Shown: piece by piece, positions 9,183-18,554 of the stretch
Position numbering within the stretch: position 1 is the stretch's first letter
How the letters are laid out: the number at the start of each line of letters is the position of its first letter
Assembly (NCBI GenBank): GCA_048772705.1
Contig: JBLWGC010000052.1
Span: 1 to 32,873, forward strand
DNA from: Leidyana gryllorum EB-2025a
Lineage: Eukaryota > Protista > Apicomplexa
Length of the DNA: 32,873 nucleotides
Reading direction: 5' to 3'
The notes under the pieces: generated by a model
Told to the model about the DNA's origin: nothing
Database searches by the model: none
The model's input: only the letters and a program-made list of their open reading frames with translations
Position numbers and translations under genes: made by a program

Positions 9183-9253
9183 GCATCTGTGGTCTAGTGG
9201 TAGAATGTCTCGTTGCCATCGAGACGACCCGGGTTCGATTCCCGGCAGATGCA
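9183..9253 (+). tRNA. tRNA-Gly-GCC: tRNA-Gly(GCC)
   Basis: Same sequence as 826-896. Confidence 0.95.
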
Positions 9254-9328
9254 GAAGACACAGTTGGTTTTCCCACCATTCCAGGGATTCACGCTTGAGT
9301 TGGTGTTTGACCCCTCGATCACATCGCA

Positions 9329-9410
9329 CGACAACTGCTGGATTTGAACCAGCCCGGGTCAGGCCCAGTAGATTTCTAGTCTACCCCCTTAAACACTCGG
9401 GCAAGTTGCC
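9329..9410 (-). tRNA. tRNA-Ser-AGA: tRNA-Ser(AGA)
   Basis: Loop CTAGAAA; D-loop substitution. Confidence 0.8.
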
Positions 9411-9927
9411 ACCTGTCGAACTCGGCATTTAGCGGCCAGTGGCTTCACATACGGTTCAGCAAGCTTGACTCGGACTGGTCTGGTCGCGCTGCCCCAACCC
9501 GCGGTCTCTCCATTGAAAGTCTTGCACTTTACCGACGGAGCTGGCGCGGCAAGGAAGTGCGGACTTGGTAACAAATTCCATTCGTATTGATCGTTGAATC
9601 TTGGGCCTTCCTCGGGTACAGGGCGAAGCTGTATCAGAGATGCACTCACTTGGTCACGCCGGGCTCCAACCGCGGACTCAGAACTTATTAGGCTCACGCT
9701 CTGGCCGCCTGAAATACGCAACCGCTTCAGAGTTGAGGTGAACAGTCACTAGTCGAAGGAGCCGACTGATGTGTTCAGCAAAGCCTTATGATTGGTACTG
9801 AGCCGGCCACTCTCACCTTCGTCCACCCCGCCAAGCAGTCATTCCAAAGGCAAATACTGACATCGAGAAGGGGCACTACCAATTTCGCACGGGATTCCCG
9901 ATGGAATGTGTAGCCCGTTCCACTCTC

Positions 9928-10009
9928 GGCAAGGTGGCCGAGTGGTTAAGGCGGCGGCCTGCTAAGCCGTTGGGTTTCACCCGCGTGAGTTCGAATCTCA
10001 CCCTTGTCG
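9928..10009 (+). tRNA. tRNA-Ser-GCT: tRNA-Ser(GCT)
   Basis: Loop CTGCTAA; full cloverleaf. Confidence 0.95.
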
Positions 10010-10174
10010 GTTGCATTTGCGCAACTGCTTCAATCCAACGCCTACGCTGGGCGCTATATACAGGAGCCACTTAAAATATTTCAGAGGTCAGTAGAGAGAC
10101 CCGTGTTGCGTGTGTCCAGTTGAGGAAGCGCTAGTACGGATAATTCAACAGACTCTTCTGGGATGGGCTGAGCC

Positions 10175-10246
10175 GGTTGCGTCGTGTAGTGGTTAGCACT
10201 GGAGACTCTGAATCTCCCGACCTGGGTTCGATTCGCGGCGCGACCT
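10175..10246 (+). tRNA. tRNA-Gln-CTG: tRNA-Gln(CTG)
   Basis: Loop CTCTGAA; one T-stem mismatch. Confidence 0.85.
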
Positions 10247-10308
10247 TGGAACTGGTCCTCACTACTCCCTGGAACTTCGCCATGTCTTGGGCTGCGGGGA
10301 CCATCCGT

Positions 10309-10380
10309 GCAGCAATGGTCCAGTGGTTACGACGTCTGCTTCGCACGCAGAAGTCCCGAGTTCGATCCTCGGTGGCTGTA
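10309..10380 (+). tRNA. tRNA-Val body with CGC anticodon
   Basis: TCTGC TTCGCAC GCAGA in a Val body. Confidence 0.7.
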
Positions 10381-10435
10381 GCTCGCAACTTTCAGCGAGA
10401 ACCGAAGCAGAGAATCTCAAGCGAAACCACCTGCA

Positions 10436-10507
10436 TTTCGAGACCGGGAATCGAACCCGGGTCTTCCGCGTGACAGGCGGAGACACTAACCACTATACTG
10501 ACTCGGA
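10436..10507 (-). tRNA. tRNA-Asp-GTC: tRNA-Asp(GTC)
   Basis: Loop CTGTCAC; acceptor mismatches. Confidence 0.75.
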
Positions 10508-10598
10508 CGCTCCGAACACGCCGGCCTCCAATCCCAGAAGTCTTTCTATTTCGGCTCACGGACAAAAAACGCGTGGAGCGACGAACCAACAAGACTGC

Positions 10599-10678
10599 GG
10601 CAAGATGGCCGAGTGGTCTAAGGCGCTGTGTTCAGGCCGCTGTCCGAAAGGGCGTGGGTTCGAATCCAACTCTTGTCA
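10599..10678 (+). tRNA. tRNA-Leu-CAG: tRNA-Leu(CAG)
   Basis: Loop TTCAGGC; two stem mismatches. Confidence 0.8.
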
Positions 10679-10738
10679 GCCATGGTATCGGCACTCGGTC
10701 AGCCACTGGATGCAATAGGTCTTCCATGTTGTACGGAT

Positions 10739-10811
10739 GAGCGGCTACCTCAGATGGTGCAGCGCTCGCTTTGCATGCGATAGGTACTGGGATCGATACC
10801 CAGGTCGTCCA
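10739..10811 (+). pseudogene. tRNA-Ala(TGC), degenerate
   Basis: Loop TTTGCAT; acceptor and D-arm mismatches. Confidence 0.65.
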
Positions 10812-10900
10812 AACTCCATGCAACTTCAGCTGCAGATAAACGGCTGGCGCGTGGTCCAAAAACGTGAATGTTGTTATTTGAATCTAGTCGAAAAGCCGCC

Positions 10901-10973
10901 GCCTACGTGGCGCAATGGATAGCGCGTTGGACTTCTAATCCAAAGGTTGCGAGTTCGAGTCTCGCCGTAGGTA
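10901..10973 (+). tRNA. tRNA-Arg-TCT: tRNA-Arg(TCT)
   Basis: TTGGA CTTCTAA TCCAA. Confidence 0.94.
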
Positions 10974-11037
10974 GCCAAATGCTCAGCACTTTACTTCGAT
11001 GATTTGGCTGACTAGCTGCCTTCGCTGTGGAATGTTG

Positions 11038-11108
11038 TCCACTGTAGTCTGAGTGGCTAGGATATGCGGCCTCACCCGCAAGCTCCGCGCTCAAGTGCGG
11101 CAGTGGAA
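11038..11108 (+). pseudogene. tRNA-Glu pseudogene
   Basis: 6-nt anticodon loop, altered T arm. Confidence 0.7.
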
Positions 11109-11194
11109 GTCAGTGGTTGAAGTCAGTGGAATACTTGAGCAAAGTGCCCAGCAATCTCCGTCAATAGTGTCTGATTCGTGATTCGGCTTGCATT

Positions 11195-11266
11195 GCCTTC
11201 TTAGCTTAGGGGCAGAGCATTCGCTTAGTAAGCGAAAGGTCGCCGGTTCGTTTCCGGCAGAAGACT
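11195..11266 (+). tRNA. tRNA-Thr-AGT: tRNA-Thr(AGT)
   Basis: Loop TTAGTAA; A58 and acceptor substitutions. Confidence 0.78.
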
Positions 11267-11465
11267 TGACTGCATCGACTGGGCACCTGCAAAGCTTAAA
11301 GTCTCTCAAGCTCCAATCATCGTAGCTGAGCCTCGTAGCTCAGCCAGCAGAGGGTAAGTCTCGTAGCCACAAAGTCGCAGACTGGAACCTGCCAGTACCT
11401 GAGGCACCCACTAGCTCAACGCAAACTGCGGCCGGGTCTCGGGGTGCTGAAGCTCTTTCTCAAGT

Positions 11466-11536
11466 GCACTTGTGGTCCAAGGGTAGGATGCGAGCTTCCC
11501 ATGCTCGCAGCCCGGGTTCGAGTCCCGGCAGGTGCA
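11466..11536 (+). tRNA. tRNA-Gly-CCC: tRNA-Gly(CCC)
   Basis: CGAGC TTCCCAT GCTCG. Confidence 0.92.
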
Positions 11537-11615
11537 GCCGATCGTACAGACTTGACCATGGCTGCAACGATATTTTCAACATTCCGGGGCGAAGAGCAAT
11601 GCACTTCAGACTGCT

Positions 11616-11687
11616 TGTCCGAGCCAGGAATCGAGCCTGGGTTTGCACGGCCACAACGTGCTGTCCTAACCACTAGACGACTCGGAC
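11616..11687 (-). tRNA. tRNA-His-GTG: tRNA-His(GTG)
   Basis: GCACG TTGTGGC CGTGC; A73, no encoded G-1. Confidence 0.9.
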
Positions 11688-11837
11688 AATCTTTGAGCGA
11701 GGCTGTAGAGGTGGCGAAGCATCGATCAGGATGGAATGGAACAGGAGTGTCAGACGAACTACGTTGTAAGAAGTCCACTCCTCAACTCCCGGCGGGACGG
11801 AATTTCTGGAAAGGTGGAAAAACAACCATGTGTCCTC

Positions 11838-11908
11838 TGCATCTGCCGGGAATCGAACCCGGGTCGTCTCGATAGCAACGAGACATTCTACCACTAGACC
11901 ACAGATGC
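11838..11908 (-). tRNA. tRNA-Gly body with GCT anticodon
   Basis: Differs from Gly(GCC) at 20588-20658 only at anticodon position 36. Confidence 0.8.
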
Positions 11909-12031
11909 GTGACACCTCAATTCCTGACCACAAAGTAATGGGTCTGGAGCGGGGGATGGTTTTGGGCCTTTGATACAACATCCCCGTGCACCCTTTTGAC
12001 AGGAGGAGATGCATCGAGAGAAGTTACACTA

Positions 12032-12104
12032 GGGAGTGTAGCGCAGTCGGTAGCGCGTAGGTCTCATAATCCTGAAGTCGAGAGTTCGATCCTCTCCACG
12101 CCCA
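12032..12104 (+). tRNA. tRNA-Met-CAT: elongator tRNA-Met(CAT)
   Basis: As 8253-8325 with one acceptor mismatch. Confidence 0.85.
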
Positions 12105-12284
12105 CGGTCGGAATCGGAACCGCCGACAAACTCATCATGCTATCATTTTGCATCCGTCGGGAATCCCACACGGGTTATCTCGATGGCAGGAGCGACTCTT
12201 CCACTAGACCACAGATGCAGAACACAATCTTGCGAATCTTGTACGTGGTTACAGCCATTCCTCTTAAGCCTATCGACGCATCAA

Positions 12285-12356
12285 AGCCTTCTGCCGGAAT
12301 CGAACCGGCGACTTCTCGCTTACGAAGCGAACGCTCTGCCCCTAAGCTAAGAAGGC
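12285..12356 (-). tRNA. tRNA-Thr-CGT: tRNA-Thr(CGT)
   Basis: Loop TTCGTAA. Confidence 0.92.
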
Positions 12357-12485
12357 AACTTAGCCGGAGAATATGTGTCAGTTGTATCGACGAAAGTTAG
12401 CCGGGTGCTACGTGCACCGTGGGCAGTCCCGCGCATCGTGGGGGCACGCTGGGATGCAGTCGCAGGTTGTCCTGACTACAACGGC

Positions 12486-12568
12486 TGACAAGAGTGGGAT
12501 TCGAACCCACGGGGCCCGTTCGGACTGCGAGCTGCACACAGGGCCTTCGAGCACTCGGCCATCTTGCC
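12486..12568 (-). pseudogene. tRNA-Leu pseudogene
   Basis: Loop TGCAGCT lacks U33; D-loop GG lost. Confidence 0.7.
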
Positions 12569-12662
12569 GGGATGTTGTTGGCTCGCCGCTCCACGCGTTT
12601 TCTGTGGTTGAAATCTCAAAATGGAAGGACTTTTGGGGTTGGAGGCCGGCGTGTTCGGAGCG

Positions 12663-12734
12663 TCCGAGATAATATAGTGGTTAGTATTCCCGTCTGTCAC
12701 GCGGAAGACCCGGGTTCGATTCCGGGTCTCGGAG
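12663..12734 (+). tRNA. tRNA-Asp-GTC: tRNA-Asp(GTC)
   Basis: Loop CTGTCAC; several substitutions. Confidence 0.72.
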
Positions 12735-12874
12735 CAGTTCCAGACGCTCACAACTGCTGCAACTCAGATTTGTTCACACATACTGCGGTGCCAGGTCTGT
12801 CCAAGGGCTGCACAGCACAATTAAAAGCTCTCAACTCGGTAAAGAAATAGCGGCAGGTGCAGCCGTACGTGGTT

Positions 12875-12947
12875 TGGACGACCTGGGCATCGATCCCAGT
12901 ACCTCTCGCATGCTAAGCGAGCGCTCTACCATTTGAGCTAGCCGCCC
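12875..12947 (-). tRNA. tRNA-Ala-AGC: tRNA-Ala(AGC)
   Basis: Intact cloverleaf, G3:U70. Confidence 0.94.
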
Positions 12948-13036
12948 GTTGTTCAGACCTCATCGCATGTGTTGGTTCTCAACATAGTATGACCACTCTC
13001 TCAACTGTACTCAGCGGTTTGCACCACCAAACGGTC

Positions 13037-13108
13037 GGCTGTTTGGTCTAGTGGTATGATCCTTCCTTAGGGTGGAAGGAGTCCTGGGTTCGATTCCCAG
13101 AACAGCCC
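13037..13108 (+). tRNA. tRNA-Pro-AGG: tRNA-Pro(AGG)
   Basis: Intact cloverleaf. Confidence 0.94.
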
Positions 13109-13249
13109 TCTCGGTCGTCGGTTGACCCGACGGGAACAAGTTGCCCTCAGAACCAACACAGCATTTCATTAGCCCACTTCGGTAGGGCAGTCAGGGCAAC
13201 TAACATCTCGAGAATTGCATTTCGGCTACTTCTTCCATGTTGCAGACTA

Positions 13250-13320
13250 AGCAGTGTAGCTCAGTGAAAAGTGTTGGGCTCATAATCCAAAGGTCCGTCG
13301 ATCGAAACGACGCACTGCTA
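13250..13320 (+). tRNA. tRNA-iMet-CAT: initiator tRNA-Met, degenerate
   Basis: D-loop damaged; CAT loop retained. Confidence 0.65.
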
Positions 13321-13369
13321 AGTGTGCGCAGAAGGGGAACAGTTATACAATAGATACCCTCGCGAGCAA

Positions 13370-13441
13370 AGCCTCCTGCCGGAATCGAACCAGCGACCTT
13401 TCGCTTACAAAGCGAATGCTCTGCTTCTAAGCTAAGAAGGC
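13370..13441 (-). tRNA. tRNA-Thr-TGT: tRNA-Thr(TGT)
   Basis: Loop TTTGTAA; D-loop substitutions. Confidence 0.75.
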
Positions 13442-13671
13442 TTCCCCTGTCTCGATCCATATGAGGGTTTGATGCTGGAAATAGCATCAGTTCAACCACA
13501 GGATTCATCCGTAAGTTGGTGTCTGACCCCTCCAATCATATCGCACGACAACTGCTGGATCTGCACTAGTTCTTCACTCAGGCAAGTTGGCAACTGTCGA
13601 TTCCGTCATGTGGCGAGAGACATACAGCCGCGGTAAGTTCTTATTTTCATCGCCTGTCCTGACTACCTACC

Positions 13672-13744
13672 GCCTCGGTAGCTCAGTTGGGAGAGCGCCA
13701 GACTGAAGATCTGGAACTCCCGTGTTCGATCCACGGCCGAGGCA
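13672..13744 (+). tRNA. tRNA-Phe-GAA: tRNA-Phe(GAA)
   Basis: CCAGA CTGAAGA TCTGG; G20. Confidence 0.92.
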
Positions 13745-13889
13745 GAGAGGCTGTGACATTTGGTGTCATCCCTCGCACCCGTGCGATCGTTTTGCCCCTC
13801 AGCTAACCAGGCAGGCCCTGTCTCGATCACATGAGGTGCTTCAGTAACCTCCCTCAACGGGGTTAGATGTGTGATTTCCTTTTTGAATT

Positions 13890-13961
13890 GCCTTCTTAGC
13901 TTAGGGGCAGAGCGTTTGCTTCGTGAGCGAGACGGCGGCGGCTCGATTCCGACAGAAGGCC
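13890..13961 (+). pseudogene. tRNA-Thr(CGT), degenerate
   Basis: Thr body with T-arm and loop changes. Confidence 0.65.
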
Positions 13962-14283
13962 TTGATGCATCGATAGGCTCTCTAACAACGGCTGTCACCA
14001 CGTACAAGATGCAGCAAGAACTCACGCCTGAAACCCCAGAATGGTACCTCAATCAACCATCTGCCATCTTCTCTGCATCTGCCGCGAATCGGACCTGGGT
14101 CGTCTCGGCGGCAACGACACAGTCTACCCCTAGACCACAGATGCGTGACACCTCCATTCCTGAATACAAGGCGATGAGTCCGGACTACTCTAGGCCGTCC
14201 AACTTAGGGCGGTACGTAAAAACCAGGCTCATCGAATATGTGTTTCCAAAGACACACGCCCCTTTCGCAGCCAAAAGCTCCGT

Positions 14284-14356
14284 GCAGCCATGGTCTAGTG
14301 GTCACGACGTCTGCTTAACACGCAGAAGGTCCCGAGTTCAATCCTCGGTGGCTGTA
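14284..14356 (+). tRNA. tRNA-Val-AAC: tRNA-Val(AAC)
   Basis: TCTGC TTAACAC GCAGA. Confidence 0.92.
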
Positions 14357-14408
14357 ACACGCATCGTTCAGACGAGCATCACGAAATCTAGAGCGGAAGA
14401 CGATCTGT

Positions 14409-14480
14409 CTCCGAGACCGGGAATCGAACCCGGGTCTTCCGCGTGACAGTCGGAAATACTAACCACTATACTATCTCGGA
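14409..14480 (-). tRNA. tRNA-Asp-GTC: tRNA-Asp(GTC)
   Basis: One anticodon-stem mismatch. Confidence 0.85.
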
Positions 14481-14573
14481 CGCTCCGAACACACCGGCCT
14501 GAAACCCCAAAAGTCCTTCCATCTTGAGATCCAGGGATAGAAAACGCGTGGAGCGGCGAGCCAACAACATCCC

Positions 14574-14653
14574 GGCAAGATGACCGAGTGGTCTGAGGCG
14601 CTGTGCTCAGACCGGAGTCCGAAAGGTCGTGGGTTCGAATCCCACTTTTGTCA
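14574..14653 (+). tRNA. tRNA-Leu-CAG: tRNA-Leu(CAG), variant
   Basis: Loop CTCAGAC; stem mismatches. Confidence 0.7.
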
Positions 14654-14689
14654 GGCTGCGCCCCAAACGGGAAAAACATAGAGTCCGGT

Positions 14690-14761
14690 TGAGCCCAGAG
14701 TGATTCGAACACCCAACCTTCTGATCTGGAGTCAGACGCGCTACCGTTGCCCCATAGGCCC
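14690..14761 (-). tRNA. tRNA-Trp-CCA: tRNA-Trp(CCA)
   Basis: TCTGA CTCCAGA TCAGA. Confidence 0.85.
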
Positions 14762-14925
14762 AAAACCATCCCCCGTTCCAGACTCATTTACCGGCAATCG
14801 GCCCGCTTCTTACGCGTGACATGCGAAAATAGTAACCACTATGAACGCTCTGAACACGCCACGGACATTCCATTCGTTCAGAAAACGGCCGTTACCGTGT
14901 ACGAGCTTCAACAACAAGGTGTCAC

Positions 14926-14996
14926 GCATCTGTGGTCTAGTGGTAGAATGTCTCGTTGCCATCGAGACGACCCGGGTTCGATTCCCGGCAGATGCA
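14926..14996 (+). tRNA. tRNA-Gly-GCC: tRNA-Gly(GCC)
   Basis: Same sequence as 826-896. Confidence 0.95.
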
Positions 14997-15071
14997 GATG
15001 ACACATGGTTGCTTTTCCACCATTCAGAAATTCAAGCGTGAGTTGGTGTTTAACCCTCCAACCACATCGCA

Positions 15072-15153
15072 CGACAACTGCTGGATTTGAACCAGCGCGG
15101 GCCCGGCCCAGTAGATTTCTAGTCTACCCCCTTAACCACTCGGGCAAGTTGCC
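15072..15153 (-). tRNA. tRNA-Ser-AGA: tRNA-Ser(AGA)
   Basis: Intact; loop CTAGAAA. Confidence 0.94.
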
Positions 15154-15385
15154 GTTGTCCAACTTGGCATTTTGCGGCCAATGGCTTCACATACGGTTCA
15201 GCAAGCTTTACTAGGACTGCTCGCGCCGCCGGAACCCGCGGTTCTCCCTTCAAAAGTCTTGCGCTCTACCGACGGAGTTGGGGCGGCAAGAAAGCTCGGA
15301 CTTGGTAACAAATTCCAGTCGTATTGATGGTGGAATCTTTCCGAGACGGTTCGGCTCTCGGCCGAAGCCTAAACTCGAGCACTTG

Positions 15386-15458
15386 TACACTGTAGTCTAA
15401 GTGGCTAGGATATGCCGCTTTCACCCGCACGATCCGGGTTCGAGTCCCGGCAGTGGAA
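15386..15458 (+). tRNA. tRNA-Glu-TTC: tRNA-Glu(TTC), degenerate
   Basis: Acceptor and anticodon-stem mismatches. Confidence 0.7.
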
Positions 15459-15534
15459 GTCATTGAAGTACTCGAGCAAAGTGCTCCACTAATCTCCGTC
15501 AGTAGCCATCGTTTCGTTATCTCCAACTTACATT

Positions 15535-15606
15535 GCCTTCGAAGCTTAGGGGCAGAGCGTTCGCTTCGTAAGCGAGAAGGCGCCGGCTCGATTCCGGCAG
15601 AAGGCT
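15535..15606 (+). tRNA. tRNA-Thr-CGT: tRNA-Thr(CGT), degenerate
   Basis: Loop TTCGTAA; U8 and T54 changed. Confidence 0.7.
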
Positions 15607-15930
15607 TTGATGCATCGATAGGCTTATAAAGAATGGCTGTCACCAGGTACAAGAGTCAACAGGATCGTGTTCTGCATCTGTGGTCTAGTGGAAGAGTCTC
15701 TCGCTGCCATCAAGATAACCCGTGTGCGATTCCCGACAGATGCAAAACGATAGCATGATGAGTTTGTCGGCGATTTCGATTCCGACCCTGGAAAGGAGCG
15801 AACTCTCGACGTCAGGATTATGAGACCTACGCGCTACCGACTGCGCTACACTCCCCCCCGACTGTCTCCGAACAATCACCCGAACCCAGAACCATGCTGC
15901 CAGGCAGGTTGGGTCAAGATACAACAAAGT

Positions 15931-16002
15931 GGGCTGTTCTGGGAATCGAACCCAGCACTCCTTCCACCCTAAGGAAGGATCATACCACTAGACCAAACAG
16001 CT
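15931..16002 (-). tRNA. tRNA-Pro-AGG: tRNA-Pro(AGG)
   Basis: Loop TTAGGGT; G1 changed to A. Confidence 0.82.
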
Positions 16003-16090
16003 GACTGGTCGGTGGTGCAATCTGCGGGTAGAGTCGAGAGAGTGGTGATGCTATGTTGACAACCGATAAATGCGATGGGGACTGCACGTC

Positions 16091-16162
16091 GGGCGACTGG
16101 CTCAGCTGGTAGAGCGCTCGTTTAGCATGCGAAAGGTATGGGATCGATGTCCAGGTCGTCCA
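16091..16162 (+). pseudogene. tRNA-Ala(AGC), degenerate
   Basis: 1-nt deletion and stem mismatches. Confidence 0.65.
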
Positions 16163-16435
16163 AACTCCGTACGGCTGCACCTGCCGCTATGTATTTACCG
16201 AGTTGAGAGCCTTTGATTGTGCCCTGTGGCCCTTGGATAGACTTTGGCATCGCAATACGGTCTAGGGTGCCTGAGACCGCGGACCTGCGACTTAGTATTT
16301 AACAATCACACGCTTTGCCCACTGCGCTACAAGAGCCAGTTGAATATTTTGGAGGTTAGTAGAAAAACCCGTTTTGCATGTGTGGGGAAGCTCTAGTCCG
16401 GATGGCTCCATCAACTCTTTGAGAAGGGCTAAATC

Positions 16436-16507
16436 GGTTGCGTGGTGTAGTGGTTAGCACTGGAGACTTTGAATCTCCCGACCTGGGTTCGATTCCCGGC
16501 GCGACCT
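16436..16507 (+). tRNA. tRNA-Gln-TTG: tRNA-Gln(TTG)
   Basis: GGAGA CTTTGAA TCTCC. Confidence 0.93.
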
Positions 16508-16570
16508 TGAAACTAGTCCTCACTACTTCGTGACACCTCCCCACTTGCTTTGGTCTGCGGGACCTGCCGT

Positions 16571-16641
16571 GCAGCAATGGTCTAGTGGTTACGACGTCTG
16601 CTTCGCACGCAGAAAGTCTGAGGTGAATCCTCGGTGGTGTA
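16571..16641 (+). pseudogene. tRNA-Val body with CGC anticodon, pseudogene
   Basis: Loop TTCGCAC; T loop damaged. Confidence 0.65.
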
Positions 16642-16696
16642 ACTCCCAACTTTCAGCGAGAACCAAAGGACAGAATCTTAAGCAAAACCACCTGTG

Positions 16697-16768
16697 CTCC
16701 GAGACCGGGAATCGAACCCGGGTCTTCCGCGTGACAGGCGGAAATGCTAACCACTATACTATCTCGGA
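16697..16768 (-). tRNA. tRNA-Asp-GTC: tRNA-Asp(GTC)
   Basis: Near-intact cloverleaf. Confidence 0.9.
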
Positions 16769-16960
16769 CGCTCTGAACACGCCGGCCTCCAATCCCAGAA
16801 GTCTTTCTATTTTGGCTCACGGACAAAAAACGGGTGGAGCGATGAACCAACAACACTGTGGCAAGATGGCCGAGATGTCTGAGGCGCTGTGCTCAGACCG
16901 CAGTCCGAAAGGGCGAGGATCTCGGGTTGAGCCTTTCGGACCCCCGGAGCAGTTGGACGG

Positions 16961-17040
16961 CCGGGGGTTGCTCAGTTGGTAGAGCATCTGACTGTAGTGC
17001 TGGCATCAGATAGTCGGCGGTTCGATTCCGTCCCACCGGA
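16961..17040 (+). tRNA. tRNA-Tyr-GTA: tRNA-Tyr(GTA) with 7-nt intron (16998-17004)
   Basis: C1-G72, A73; TCTGA CTGTAG[TGCTGGC]A TCAGA. Confidence 0.85.
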
Positions 17041-17283
17041 AGTAGAGTGGTGATTGGCAAAGTACTAGACAGCGTTGATAGGCCAACCAGACTACTCTGG
17101 CGAGGGTTCCATCTATGTAGTTCGGATGGGCTGAGAATCGATCCCGGAACCTTTCGTATACCAAGCACCGTTTCATCATCTGGGCTAGCCTCCCTCTGTG
17201 CCTACCTCATGACATTGAGTGATACTCCACATAGTGAGACGAGTCTCTCGACTGTACCCAGCGGGTTGAACCACCGGCTAGGC

Positions 17284-17355
17284 GGCTGTTTGGTCTAGTG
17301 GTATGATCCTTCCTTAGGGTGGAAGGAGTCCTGGGTTCGATTCCCAGAACAGCCC
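17284..17355 (+). tRNA. tRNA-Pro-AGG: tRNA-Pro(AGG)
   Basis: Intact cloverleaf. Confidence 0.94.
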
Positions 17356-17489
17356 TCTTAAATGTCGGTTGACCCGATGGGATAAGCAGGTTTTAGAAGT
17401 AACACAGCCACCTCGTTACCACTTCGGCACTCAAGGCAATTAACATCTCAAAAATCGCATTTCGGCTCCCTCTTCCATGGTGCAGACTG

Positions 17490-17561
17490 AGCAGTGTAGC
17501 TCAGTGGAAGAGTGTTGGGCTCATAACCCAAAGGTCCGTCGATCGAAACGACGCACTGCTA
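17490..17561 (+). tRNA. tRNA-iMet-CAT: initiator tRNA-Met(CAT)
   Basis: Same sequence as 6541-6612. Confidence 0.93.
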
Positions 17562-17750
17562 AGTGTGCGCAGGAGGGAAACAGTTACAGAATTGACTGGG
17601 TCGTGAGCAAAGCCTTCTGCCGGAATCGAGCTGGCGCTTACGAAGCGAACGCTCTGCCCCTAAGCTTAGAAGGCAATGTAAGTCGGAGATAACGAAGCGA
17701 TGGCTACTGACGGAGATTAGTGGAGCACTTTGCTCGAGTACTTCAATGAC

Positions 17751-17823
17751 TTCCACTGCCGGGACTTGAACCCGGATCGTGCGGGTGAGAGCCGCATATC
17801 CTAGCCACTTAGACTACAGTGGA
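17751..17823 (-). tRNA. tRNA-Glu-CTC: tRNA-Glu(CTC)
   Basis: Intact; loop CTCTCAC. Confidence 0.94.
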
Positions 17824-17938
17824 CAACTCCCTCAGCTGCAGCTTTAGCCGAGAGCCGTACCCTCTTGACAAGACGTGGTTGCAATCCTGCGGTACAAAAA
17901 GGAGGATGTCTATACTAACCTGTGAACCATTGTAGCTG

Positions 17939-18011
17939 GGCCTTGTAGCTCAGTCGGCAGAGCGTGTGGCTGTTAACCACAAAGTCGCAGGTTCGAAACC
18001 CGCCAGGACCG
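17939..18011 (+). tRNA. tRNA-Asn-GTT: tRNA-Asn(GTT)
   Basis: Loop CTGTTAA; two stem mismatches. Confidence 0.82.
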
Positions 18012-18126
18012 GTTTCAGAGGCACACTAAACACTGACTGCGCTGCTCTCCCAATGGCACTTGTGGTCTGCGACTCTTCAAAGATGTAAGTTTGTTTGGAT
18101 CCTGCGACGTGCAGCCGTATGTACTT

Positions 18127-18199
18127 TGGACGACCTGGGCATCGATCCCAGTACCTCTCGCATGCTAAGCGAGCGCTCTACCATTTGAGCTAGCCGCCC
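18127..18199 (-). tRNA. tRNA-Ala-AGC: tRNA-Ala(AGC)
   Basis: Intact cloverleaf. Confidence 0.94.
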
Positions 18200-18259
18200 A
18201 TGCGTACAACATGGAAGACCTATTGGATGCAGTGGCTGACCGAGTGCCGATACAATGGC

Positions 18260-18339
18260 TGACAAGAGTGGGATTCGAACCCACGCCCTTTCGGACTGCG
18301 GCCTAAACACAGCGCCTTAGACCACTCGGCCATCTTGCC
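18260..18339 (-). tRNA. tRNA-Leu-TAG: tRNA-Leu(TAG)
   Basis: CTGTG TTTAGGC CGCAG. Confidence 0.92.
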
Positions 18340-18427
18340 GCTGTGTTGGTTCGTCCCTCCACGCATTTTTTGTCCGTGAGCCGAAAAAGAAAGACTTCTG
18401 GGATTGGAGGCCGGCGTGTTCAGAGGG

Positions 18428-18499
18428 TCCGAGTTAGTATAGTGGTTAGTGTCTCCGCCTGTCACGCGGAAGACCCGGGTTCGATTCCCGGCCTCGAAA
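18428..18499 (+). tRNA. tRNA-Asp-GTC: tRNA-Asp(GTC)
   Basis: Loop CTGTCAC; acceptor mismatches. Confidence 0.75.
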
Positions 18500-18554
18500 C
18501 GCAGGTGGTTTCGCTTAAGATTGTCTTTTTTGGTGCCCGCTGAAAGTTGCGAGC

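Larger units (their letters stand above)
10599..11805. repeat. ~1.2 kb block, direct copy at ~30037-31205
   Basis: Leu-Ala-Arg-Glu-Thr-Gly-His order and spacers shared; offset ~19441. Confidence 0.88.
13075..13770. repeat. ~0.7 kb block, direct copy at ~28927-29620
   Basis: Pro-iMet-Thr-deleted Ser-Phe shared; offset 15852. Confidence 0.85.
14409..15153. repeat. ~0.75 kb block, direct copy at 22094-22847
   Basis: Asp-Leu-Trp-Gly-Ser shared; offset ~7686-7694. Confidence 0.88.
16860..18339. repeat. ~1.48 kb block, inverted copy at 31341-32819
   Basis: Homologous tRNA and ORF coordinates sum to 49680 across the block. Confidence 0.92.

Noticed and set aside
14574-14653. Opal (TCA) anticodon in the Leu variant with GCTCAGAC
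   Set aside because: Alignment to the other Leu copies gives loop CTCAGAC with anticodon CAG.
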